NCBI GenBank assembly: GCA_964016885.1 | Contig: OZ024743.1 | Span: 224,750,001-224,814,000, forward strand | Length of the DNA stretch: 64,000 nucleotides | Reading direction: 5' to 3' | From: Eledone cirrhosa | Lineage: Eukaryota | In this document: piece by piece, positions 29,292 to 40,846 of the stretch | Layout of the letters: each line of letters begins with the position of its first letter | How positions within the stretch are numbered: position 1 is the first letter of the stretch | Translations under genes and position numbers: made by a program | Notes under the pieces: generated by a model | What the model was told of the DNA's origin: nothing | Database searches by the model: none | What the model saw: only the letters and a program-made list of their open reading frames with translations

Positions 29292-29649
29292 CTAGAATAG
29301 GTAACATAATATTAGTGGTGTTACTTTGAAAAAAATATCCAAATAGATATTTATTAATACACAATTATATTAATCAAATGAATATTTAGTATCACTATAT
29401 TTCTAATTTCAATAAATTAATGAAGAATTTGGTTGGATTTACTAAATAGAAACCTCTTAAAACGGTAGTTTTGTTTCAGAAATCCACAGATTATTTTGGT
29501 TAGTTTGGTATCAAAAAGTTAAACATTCTTAAATTCACTGACAAAGATATATAATTTCTTTTCTACTAAATTTGGCAGTATGTGAACTGGCTAAAATGTT
29601 AAAAAAGCTAGTCCAGGAGAAAGTACTTAGAAGATATAAAGTTTATTAA

Positions 29650-29862
29650 CCCTTTAGCATTTAAACTGGCCATATCCAGCCAGAATTCTCTCACCTCTTT
29701 CTGTTCAAACCGGCTGTAACCAGCCACACATACTGATGTTAAGGTATTGTTTTCAAAATTAATAACATCAAAATCTCATAGATTCCATATTATGTGAGAT
29801 AATTATGTGACTTTACCATGAAAATATAATAGTATATATAGAGTTATGTAAATGCTGAAGAG
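29650..29862. mobile_element. TTAA-flanked MITE (piggyBac-like)
   Basis: TTAA-ccctttagcattta...taaatgctgaagag-TTAA; reversed fragment of the same family at 5590-5725. Confidence 0.7.
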
Positions 29863-30909
29863 TTAAGTGATTTCTTCTACACTATTGCAGTGAGTATTTC
29901 ATTTTTCTCTGCTTCTTCTAAGATATTCCAGTAATTTTCTACAGATGTTAATATACAAATGTTGAAGTATAGAGACTTGCTTACTAATGAAAAAATACAT
30001 AGAAAAAAGTACAAAAGATTTTTTGGTGGATTTTTGAAAGTTTGACACTCTATATGATATGTGTTATGCATTTTAAGTAAACAAAGTTATTGTGAAGTAG
30101 ATATCATGAAAACAAGATAGTAAATTTACAAAAATAAAAATAGAGAAAATAAGTTGAGGCAAGATTTTCTGGATTCATTCTTAATGTCCTGTATTGCTTG
30201 AAACCATATTAGCACTACTTGCTTGAAAAGTACAAAACAACACTATGACTGCAACACATTAAAACTTTAGGATAAATTCTTTACTCTAATACTACATATT
30301 TTAACAATGATCTGTCCAGAAGTAAAGATAATATAAATATTTGAATTAACAAATCTATTCTTAGATAGCTTCTGCTAAATTGTTACAGGAAGCTAAAATT
30401 AAAATAGTTTATTATAAGCAATAATGTATTGTTGCAAAATGGTCTCCATCTACATGTCTCCAGCAGCTGGGAAACCGCAAACCTGCCTAGTTAGCCAATT
30501 TGCTTAGAAATAGACACAACAGGCTGATGTCTTGTATAATGTTGTTCTTCCCTGCCCGAGTTTATGCCAACTATTCAGATCGCCACCGACCTCAGACCGA
30601 CTGCTCTCGCTGACAACCTGACACAAACTCCCTGCATTGATAACTCCACCAGTTTAAACAGTCTACCTCCAGTAAAACGCACAAAAAGCCCATGCATAAT
30701 GCTTCAAATCAGTCACGTGATCCACTGTTCGTTTTTCCTTGCTTTCCTTTGTAGATGTGGGGAGCAGTGTTTCGAATTCAAGTGATACCCTTTGCAGCTG
30801 ATGATTGACTTTACAATCTCCTTCGTAACAATAAAATAAAACAAGAAAATAAAACAGCAAGAAATGCAAAGGATAATGTTGTTCTGAATCAAATAATCTG
30901 TATACTTAC

Positions 30910-31022
30910 AGCGATATGTTTAGTCACTCCCCAACATTTGGTTTGGTCAGATAAGTCACAGGATGTCATCAATAGGCAGAGTAACAACTTGTGATTTTTG
31001 CTGCTGTTTTTATTGTAACCCT
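30910..31022 (-). CDS. PDE2A: PDE2A-like exon 8 in window
   Basis: tgtag|...|gtaagt; 113 nt; [37 protein letters not shown]. Confidence 0.96.
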
Positions 31023-31327
31023 CTACAACATAGATATAACAGTTTATCACTAGATAGTGAGACACAGAACTGATTCAGTTAGGGATCAGATTATCCCTCT
31101 CATTACCATATTTCTAATGGAAATTACTGCCTATGATTTTCAAATCTTTAAGAATATTAGTAATATAACTAACTTTCTTATTATCAAGCTGGGAAATATA
31201 AATTAACAAAGGTTCTTATAGAGAATTATGATGGAAGATTTTTGATAAATATAAATACTTTAACACTTTTATGACAATACTTCTGGTGAAATATAGTATA
31301 TTTCAATTAATTAATTCATTATATGTA

Positions 31328-31494
31328 CCGTATTTCCTGACGTCAAAGACGCTACTTTTTTCCTAAAATAATTATCAAAAATCTACCATGTGTCCTAGAG
31401 GCCGAAGGTTTTTTATTATTTTTTCCAAATTTTTGGTTGTCAAAATTAGGGTGCGTCCTCGAGGACAAAGCATCTTCAGTGCTGGGAAATATGG
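31328..31494. mobile_element. pogo/Tc1-type MITE
   Basis: TA-ccgtatttcctgacgtcaaagacgc...gcatcttcagtgctgggaaatatgg-TA. Confidence 0.7.
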
Positions 31495-32178
31495 TACATA
31501 TGAACCCATAACTTCTGATGAAGTCATAAGGATACTGTAGTGACATAAAGTATATCTTGGGCATTTAAAACCTGGCAGAGCGTATCTTCTCTCCAGGTCT
31601 GAATTGAGCCAATTTCTTCCAGAGGAGAGAGAGAGAGAGTAATAGAGAAGAAGTGAGAAAGACTTAGAAAGTAGCGAGAAAGAGTTATAGAGGGAAAATT
31701 GAGCCATGTACTGGACTGGTATTTTTTATCGCTCAAAAGGATGAAAGGCAAAATTTACCTCAAATTATTTCATTATTACAATAGTAATTTAACATATGAA
31801 TCTTATAAAGAATTATGTTGGATGATTTAAATTTAAATAGGAACACTTTTGAATGGGTGTCTTTACTTGATAGACCCAGAGTCGGTTTGGCTGGGTTGGT
31901 TCTAAAAGTGTTAGAACAAACAAATCTGTGTGCATGCATGTGTAGACAGTCAACATGAAAGCATAAATAGACACCTCTATCAATATATCCAAACAAATAT
32001 ATAGAGATGTAGAAAGGCATATATACATTCATATATATATATATATATATATGTAGGAGGTGAGTTTTATTGTAGTACAATAAAGCAATGCAGATATCGG
32101 ATAAGTAGCACTCTACAGTTTGTAGGACTGGAGTATAAATAATATATAAGATCAAAAGATGGTTAAAAGAGTTCCATG

Positions 32179-32249
32179 TATTATATTATGTGCATTTCAA
32201 AAACAAATATCATCATGCGATGACATTTGCGTTTTCGTCAGATAAAATA
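32179..32249 (-). ncRNA. Type I hammerhead motif, sense to the PDE2A pre-mRNA, with substitutions in helices I and III
   Basis: tattttat-CTGACGA-aaacgcaaatgtcatc(gcat)gatgatatttgttttt-GAAA-tgcaca-TA-atataata. Confidence 0.7.
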
Positions 32250-34893
32250 GGGAGACATGATATGAAGGTTAAAAAACACTTGTGAATAGTGCAGTTTTAA
32301 ATCAACATATGAAAAGTAGTTTTAGATTGATGTGTGATATTGGGAATAAAATGAGGGGAGGGGGGAGTTGGAAAGGATGAAAAAGAGGAGGAGATGAGAG
32401 TAAAGAATGGAGGGGGAGGAGTATAATAAGGAAGGAGGAGATAGGAGGAGAGATGGGTGATAGAGAGAGAGATAGCTTTTATAACTGAGAAAAATATATT
32501 GTTTTACATAGAGAGGTTGAAAAACCGTTGGAAGATAATATATAAATTAAAAGGATTTGAAAATTAACGAAGAGAAAAATTTAAGAATAATGTTAAATTA
32601 AGGTTTGTATATTGAAGGGTTTAATAATATGTGCGATGAAAAGAAATTGTTAATATGTATTAAGAATAATATTAAGTCAAGGTTTGAATATTGAAGGGTT
32701 TAATAATATGTGCGATGGAAAGAAATTGTTGATATGTATTATTAAAAATAAAAATAGTAATGTAATTAAGGATATATTGTGAAAAGAAGTAGAAGAGTGG
32801 ATGAATTATGAATTTAGAGGAATTAGTTAGTGTTTAAGTATGTTTTTATGTAAAGTAATATGTGTGTGTAATATATGTAAATAGTTTGTTTACAAATGAG
32901 CGCAGAAAGCAAAGAAGGAGATAGTGTTTAAGGAGAACACTTTAACATCAAAATATGTATGTTTATGAAGTATTTCCTAATGGTAATAATATAATGTAAT
33001 AAAGGACATTAGTTAGGGTTTAAGTTTGTTTTTAAGTGTTGTGATGTGAAGACGAGCATGAAAGGGAGAAAAACATAATGAATTGAGGATGAATAATCTA
33101 ACGTAAAAAAAAATGTTTATGTTTGCGAAGGATTTTTCAAGGTGATACTATAAAGTATTTAAAAGGGTAATAGTAAGTTTTATGGCCAGTGATAGGATGG
33201 AAGAACGAAGAGTGGATATATTGTGGTGAGTAATAATGAGAATTGAGAAGTATCTAGGAAGAAAAGGTACAGATTAGAGGTTAGAAATTAAAAGAAAAAA
33301 GGAAAAAGGAAGAAAGAGAAGTGATAAATAGGAATGATATAGAATGGGTAACTAGTGTTATATAATGTAAAATAAATAACATTGAAATAAGGTAGAAAGA
33401 TGGGTATATTTTTAAAGAAATATATATATATATATATATATGTGCCTTTGAGAAAAAGGATTTTAAATTGGTAAAGTATTAGATATTAGCTGTATACTTT
33501 ATGGAATGTTCTGTGGAATTTATGCAAGCAGAGAGAAAACAAGTCAGTGCATCTATTTATTATAGAATCTAAATTAGATATAATGGTAAATTTCTCACAT
33601 AAACAGAGATTACATGTTTTGGATAGAGAGGCATTCAAGTATGGAGAGGCAGAACAAACCTTCCTCCAAGAGATGTTATAGTTAATATTTTTGTATTATA
33701 TAATGTGTAATAATGTATATTTTTGAAAGACAAAAATATTAACTATAACATATCTGAGAATAAAACTTACTATTACCCTTTTAAATAAAACTTACTATTA
33801 CCCTTTTAAATACTTTATAGTATCACCTTGAAAAATCCTTCGCAAACATAAACATTTTTTTTTACGTTAGATTATTCATCCTCAATTCATTATTTTTTTC
33901 TCCCTTTCATGCTCGTCTAACTTACACATCACAACACATAAAAACAAACTTAAACCCTAACTAATCTCCTTTATTACATTATATTATTACCATTAGGAAA
34001 TACTTCATAAACATACATATTTTGATGTTAAAGTGTTCTCCTTAAACACTATCTCCTTCTTTGCTTTCTGCGCTCATTTGTAAACAAACTATTTACATAT
34101 ATTACACATACATATTAGTATGTACACGTACATACATATATGTATACAGACGTACAGTAGTATGTATATATATATACATACATGCACACATATATATATG
34201 TACGTATGGATTCACCGAACATTTATTATAATGCTCGGTGTGTTTGTAAACAAACATTCTGTATTAAGCCGTAGTATTACATATTACTTTACATAAAAAC
34301 ATACTTAAACACTAACTAATTCCTCTAAATTCAGAATTCAACCACTCTTCTACTTCTTTTCACAATATATCCTTAATTACATTACTATTTTTATTTTTAA
34401 TAATACATATCAACAATTTCTTTCCATCGCACATATTATTAAACCCTTCAATATTCAAACCTTAACTTAATATTATTCTTAATACATATTAACAATTTCT
34501 TTTCATCGCACATATTATTAAACCCTTCAATATACAAACCTTAATTTAACATTATTCTTAAATTTTTCTCTTCGTTAATTTTCAAATTCTTTTAATTTAT
34601 ATATTATCTTCCAACGGTTTTTTAACCTCTCTCTGTAAAACAATATATTTTTCTCAGTTATAAAAGCTATCTCTCTCTCTATCACCCATCTCTCCTCCTA
34701 TTTCATCCTTCCTTATTATACTCCTCCCCCTCCATTCTTTACTCTCATCTCCTCCTCTTTTTCATCCTTTCCAACTCCCCCCCCCCCCTCATTTTTTTCC
34801 CAATATCACACATCAATCTAAAACTACTTTTCATATGTTGATTTAAAACTGCACTATTCACAAGTGTTTTTTAACCTTCATATCATGTCTCCC

Positions 34894-34964
34894 TATTTTA
34901 TCTGACGAAAACGCAAATGTCATCGCATGATAATATTTGTTTTTGAAATGCGCATAATAAAATA
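34894..34964 (+). ncRNA. Type I hammerhead motif with intact core
   Basis: tattttat-CTGACGA-long stem II-GAAA-tgcgca-TA-ataaaata; 8-bp helix I; palindromic helix III (atgcgcat); predicted cleavage after 34956 (AUA). Confidence 0.8.
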
Positions 34965-35006
34965 CATTGAACTCTTTTAACCATCTTTTGATCTTATATA
35001 TTATAT

Positions 35007-35040
<34 letters not shown>

Positions 35041-35239
35041 CATACACGCATATACATTCAAAAGAATTCTCTCATATATCGACCTTTGTAAGAAAAACCA
35101 GTCAACATTCCAGAACTATTAACAGTGATTGGTTGTGTAATTTAATGTCATAATCTAGTTTTCAAGAGTAGACGAAGGCTCAGTGACAACAATAAAAAGA
35201 AGAATAACAACAGCAGCAATAGCAACTAGTATACCATAC

Positions 35240-35339
35240 CTGTGACCATTTTTTCAAGATCTTTCAGAATTCGAAGGTGATGAGCCAAGTCCGTGGCAAG
35301 GATAATATCTCTCATCAAGTCTAACACTCTTGTGTATTG
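35240..35339 (-). CDS. PDE2A: PDE2A-like exon 7 in window
   Basis: cag|...|gtatgg; 100 nt; [33 protein letters not shown](E). Confidence 0.96.
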
Positions 35340-35579
35340 CTGGCAGGATAAGAAATAGCATTATAAGATCAGAAGAAATTAACATTATTCTGAAGGCAAT
35401 GCTCCTGCATGGCCTTGGTCATGATGTCCAAAACTCAACTAAACAATTATAGTACAATATTAATTTTTCTCCAGGCCTTCTTTATCAATAGTTATGCCCT
35501 ATAGGGTCAAAGCTAATTTTTTTTTAAATCTTAGAATATGAAAAAGACATTACAAATGGGAAGTGTGAACTATCTCAAC

Positions 35580-36552
35580 CAACATATAGTACTACCATGT
35601 CATATAATATAGTCTGTAGTATTAATGTCATATAATATGGTCTGTCAACATATAGTACCACTATATCTTATAATACAGCCTTTAGTACTATTATGTCATA
35701 CAATACAGCCTACAGTACTATGATGTCATACAATACAGTTCATAGTACTTGTATGTGATATAATACAGCCTGTAGTGCTAGTATGTCATACAATACAGTC
35801 TATAGCACTACTATGTCTTATAATATAGTCTATAGTACTATGTCTTATAATATAGTCTATAGTACTATGTCATTCAATACAGTCTATAGTACTATGTCAT
35901 ATAATACCATCTATAGTACTACTATGTCATATAATACCGTCTATAGTACTACTATGTCATACAATACAGTCTATAGTACTACTATGTCATACAATACAGT
36001 CTATAGTACTACTATGTCATACAATACAGTCTATAGTACTACTATGTCATACAATACAGTCTATAGTACTACTATGTCATACAATACAGTTCATAGTACT
36101 ACTATGTCATACAATACAGTCTATAGTACTACTATGTCATACAATACAGTTTATAGTACTACTACGTCATACAATACAGTCTATAGTACTACTATGCCAT
36201 ACAATACAGTCTATAGTACTACTATGTCATATAATACAGTCTATAGTACTACTATGTCATATAATGCAGTCTATAGTACTACTATGTCATATAATACAAT
36301 CTATAGTACAACTATGTCATACAATACAGTCTATAGTACTACTATGTCATACAATACAGTCTATAGTACTATGATATCATATAATACAGCCTACAGTACT
36401 ACAATATCATATAATACAGCCTATAGTACTATGATATCATATAATACAGCCTACAGTACTACAATATCATATAATACAGCCTATAGTACTATGATATCAT
36501 ATAATACAGCCTACAGTACTACAATATCATATAATACAGCCTATAGTACAAC
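35580..36552. repeat. 30-bp minisatellite (ctatagtactactatgtcatacaatacagt)n, left part
   Basis: About 30 tandem copies, homogeneous in the centre and decayed at the edge. Confidence 0.95.
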
Positions 36553-37421
36553 TTCATCATGAAGAAGACAATGAGTGACCCTCGTTTTGGCATCAGTTGG
36601 GATGGAAGGAGATTAAGCAACCTGGACTTTGCCAATGACATCGCAGTGATAGGCCATTCCCGAGAAGACCTGCAAGAGATGACAAACGTTCTAAATGACA
36701 ATGCAGAGAAAGTTGGCCTGCACATCAGTTGTGAAAAAACCAAGACCATGTCAACAGGTGACCCTCCAAATCCTCCCATCATGGTTGGTAGCGTAACATT
36801 GAATGTGTAAACCAATTCCAATACCTTGGCAGCAACATCTCTGACGATGTGGATGCTGAGGTGGATGTGTGTACAAGGCTGGGAAAAGCAGCGGCGGTCT
36901 TCTAGCGACTCTGTCCGGTATAGTCCAGGTGTTCCATTGGCAAACCCGTCAAATTCCGTGTTTACATGTCCATTGTAATACCAACAACGATATATGCTTG
37001 TGAGACATGGAAGAGTACGGAAAGTGTATGTAACAAGCTTGATGTATTCCACCATCGTTGCATTCGGACCATATTGAAAATTTCATGGAGAGACCAAGTT
37101 AGCAACGAGGAAGTGATGAGGAGGTCAGGATTGGAGAGGTTAAGGGACATTGTCCAGAAAAGGAGACGGCGGTTTGCGGGCCACATCCTTCGTTTGCCGG
37201 CAGATCGACCTGCTTATATTGCATGGATTGGGTACCAGAAGGTGGCAGGAGAGAATGAGGAAGACCACGAAAAACATGGCGGAGCACATTCAGGGAGGAC
37301 CTGTGGAAGATGTGAATTACCTGGAGAGGTGCTAGAAGGACCGCCAGTGACAGGATCAAGTGGAGGAAGCTCGTTGCCCAATGTTCCACTAGGGACTAGT
37401 GGAACTAAGACTAAGACTAAG
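36553..37421 (+). mobile_element. 5'-truncated RTE-clade LINE inserted in the minisatellite
   Basis: LDFANDIA, EKTKTM, YACETW and FAGHILR motifs with stops and frameshifts; (actaag)3 tail; 10-bp TSD atagtacaac at 36543-36552 and 37422-37431. Confidence 0.9.
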
Positions 37422-37740
37422 ATAGTACAACAATATCATATAATACATCCTATAGTACTACGATATCATATACAACCTATAGCACTACGATATCATATAA
37501 TACAGCCTATAGTACTACGGTATCATATAATACAGCCTACAGTACTACAATATCATACAATATAGCCTATAGCACTACTATGTCATGATATAGCTTATAG
37601 TACTAATATGTCATAATATAGCCTATATTACTACTATATCATATAATACAGCCTATAGTACTACGTTATCATATAATACAGCCTATAGTACTACAATGTC
37701 ATACAATATAGCCTATAGTACAAATTTGTCATACAATACA
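37422..37740. repeat. 30-bp minisatellite, right part
   Basis: Same unit, more diverged; ends 34 bp from exon 6. Confidence 0.9.
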
Positions 37741-37773
37741 AAACATGTTTGTTAAAATGGAAATCAACTATAC

Positions 37774-37848
37774 CTTGCTGGGTAAATTTTCAAATATATT
37801 ACAACCTTCTGTGTTTAATATGCACATTGATTGAGCAAAATGATGTCT
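37774..37848 (-). CDS. PDE2A: PDE2A-like exon 6 in window
   Basis: cag|...|gtatag; 75 nt; RHHFAQSMCILNTEGCNIFENLPSK. Confidence 0.95.
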
Positions 37849-39511
37849 CTGTTTGAAATAAGCAAAATATAAATGAGATGTTTTTGAAGATATCTTTACA
37901 TTGCATTTCAAAATAAAAAAAACTATAAAGCAAAAGTTGGGTATGATAGTGAGCTTTGTCAAGAGGATAAGCCAAAACTATTTTTCTAACAAACAACTAA
38001 TAATACTTAGAGACAGTCTTTTACATTGAACTCTGTTGGGACTTTGAAAGATACACAGAGAAAACTTTAAAACATAAAAAATACACATTGAAAACTTTCA
38101 AAATAAAGGGTTCAGGGGACTCTTCAGTTGTATTAAGGTTATGACAACCTCTAGTACTGTACCCAGTACAGTCTGTAAAGTGGGTGATAATAGGAAGGGC
38201 AATCAAGCATAGAAATCATATCAAAACCAGAATGTATGTAAGTGTGATGTGGCTCATTGTCTATCTTGAAGGATGCTACCGTTGATTATGAACTGGTTTG
38301 GTTTGTAGTGAATCATCCAACTTATCATATAATGATGATAACATAAAGGAAGAGTTGTGTTAATGTTAGGATACTTTCTTGCTTGAGAATGTTGTAATAG
38401 TATAAGCCAGCCAGCATCACACTGGTCTCCACAATGACCTCACAACAGTGAATAAACAAGAGGATTTGGTCAGCTAACAAGACAAAAAGACACAGTGGCC
38501 TTTCATGACCATTCTACAAGGAATTGTCTAAGCTTTATTTTTTTCAAGCTTTGTAATAACTTTATGAAGTCAATAGTTGTAGATATTTTATAGTCATAAA
38601 GAAATGCTGCTGAAATCTGTTTTGTGTCATCAGGGCATTTCCTCGACACATTTCTGGTGGTGCCATGATAAAAGACACACAAAACACTTTGTAAAGTGAT
38701 AAAATGTACCCAGTACATGCCAATATTGAATGTATGAGCAAGATGAGGTCTCTCCAACCTATCTGATTATGGACTGTGATATGTCCAACCTATGCCAGTA
38801 TGGAAAGTGGACGTAAAATGAGGACAATGAAGAATTTTTGTAAAAACATGTTAGGTTTCTGTTTAGGCCATGTAATTTTTTGTTTTGCAATCTTTCAGTA
38901 CAAAATTCTCTTCCTAAGGGCCCTTTAGGGTGACGATAAGTTGATGTGGCTCACAACTTACTATAGTACATTGAAACCCTTGTTGCTCTCTTTATAAATA
39001 AGCATGGAATAAATTAAACTCAAATAAGGTGCAAGACCATATTTTTAAAAATGATGATATTTGATTGTTTCATTCAGAGGTAGAAAGAAGCTGAATCAGT
39101 TAATGCAGTTGGTACATATTTAAATTATTGTGTTTGCTTAATTTACTACATTTTAATTTTGCGGTCTTGTCCGCGGAGCCCATCCCCTTTACCGCTGCGC
39201 CCTAGGCCCAGACCTCAATCATCCCCCTCCCCATTCTTCTGTGACACTAGAGTCCTTGCCATTTCCTCCCTTTTCTGATTTTTTTTCTTTTTCTTTATAT
39301 TTTCCTATTTTACATTCCATTCTTCTCAATCTAAATTTTCTTTTTCTATTAAACGGTATTTACATGATATATTCCATAAATAAAATTTGATATATATTTA
39401 CACTGTATATATCAATACTTCAGTCAATTTTTTTTCCTAGAAAATATTACAAAGCACAGATTGTTTGTGATATATTTAGAGTTAGCTTAAGGTTAAAACA
39501 GGTAATGGGAA

Positions 39512-39665
39512 CAGTGTCGGATTTACCATTGTGCTTAGGTGTGATTAAGCACAGGGTCCTGTTGGCCATGAGGGCATCTTCCTGCCCCAAACTTTTTTAC
39601 AATGAATTTTTCAAATGGTTGGGTCCTCATAGCACAGGGCCTTATTTGTCCTAAATCCAACATTA
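39512..39665. mobile_element. hAT-type MITE
   Basis: TIR cagtgtcggattta / taaatccaacatta; decayed 8-bp TSD aatgggaa / aatggaga. Confidence 0.65.
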
Positions 39666-39743
39666 AATGGAGATGCTGTTAATGGTGACCATGATGACCT
39701 TAATATAATCTCAACTGAAGTGGAATGAATAAGTGTAGCTTAC

Positions 39744-39791
39744 CTCCATTACTGAGCCTTCAGAACTGTAAAGAGCAGCTAACACAGATTG
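39744..39791 (-). CDS. PDE2A: PDE2A-like exon 5 in window
   Basis: ttcag|...|gtaagc; 48 nt; QSVLAALYSSEGSVME, the PDE2-typical LYSSEGSVME motif. Confidence 0.95.
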
Positions 39792-39866
39792 CTGAAATCA
39801 GAAGACATTTTATCAGATAACTAGGAATGCGTAAATAACAATAATAACAAGTGTTTTAACCCTTTA

Positions 39867-39903
<37 letters not shown>

Positions 39904-40354
39904 TAAGATTTTTAAAAATGTCCCGAACAGATAAAACTATAAGGAAAAGAAATTGAAAATACACTGGAGTCTCGCGAGACAAACCCCAACAGAAACACAC
40001 AAAAACACAAACCTTCCATCTCAATATTACTTTTGAAAATCATAAGAACTGTGAAACCCGTAAAGTAAATATTCTTAAATATATTGAATGTATGAGCAAG
40101 ATGAGGTCTCTCCAACCTATCTGGTCATGGACTTTTCCTTGTATATAATATGACTATACACAATGTATATAATATGATGATCCTGTGAGTACATAGGGGA
40201 AACTCCAGAGTAACAAAACTTATCACAACACCATGCATTTGGCTGGCCCCCTGTATCAGGAAAAGAACATCTTTTTCAGGGAAATATTGGATTTTTCCAA
40301 ATTTAAAGGTTTCTTAGGAACTTTCAATGTCTATTTTAGGTTTTGCCATCCAAA

Positions 40355-40710
40355 AATAACTACTTTACATACATCTAATCCCATTATATCTATTATTTAC
40401 TACTAACTATTTTACATATATCTAATCTCATTATATCTATTATTTACTACTAACTATTTTACATATATCTAATCCCATTATATCTATTATTTACTACTGA
40501 CTACTTTACATATATCTAATCCCATTATATCTATTATTTACTACTAACTATTTTACATATATCTAATCCCATTATATCTATTATTTACTACTAACTATTT
40601 TACATATATCTAATCCCATTATATCTATTATTTACTACTAACTATTTTACATATATCTAATCCCATTATATCTATTATTTACTACTAACTACTTTACATA
40701 TATCTAATCC
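40355..40710. repeat. 47-bp minisatellite, about 7.5 copies
   Basis: Unit tactaactattttacatatatctaatcccattatatctattatttac. Confidence 0.92.
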
Positions 40711-40802
40711 ACCTGAATCAACTGAATATGGCCTCCGATCTTTTAATATATATATATATATATACACACACAGACACACACATATGTATGTATGTGTATG
40801 TA

Positions 40803-40846
<44 letters not shown>

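Larger units (their letters stand above)
32053..35004 (-). mobile_element. 5'-truncated Penelope-like element with an inverted pseudo-LTR (~1-kb inverted repeat)
   Basis: Arms 32139-33183 and 33785-35004; minus strand 33486-33690 encodes NINYNISWRKVCSASPYLNASLSKTCNLCLCEKFTIISNLDSIINRCTDLFSLCLHKFHRTFHKVYS*, like PLE GIY-YIG C-termini; hammerhead in each arm; (TA)n on both flanks. Confidence 0.8.

Noticed and set aside
31505-31565. CTGATGA-agtca...tgac-ataaag hammerhead-like string
   Set aside because: No GAAA and no adjacent helix I; too degenerate to support.
35783-36562. 259-aa MSYNTVYSTT-repeat ORF
   Set aside because: Product of a 30-bp minisatellite, antisense within a PDE2A intron; no splice or signal evidence.
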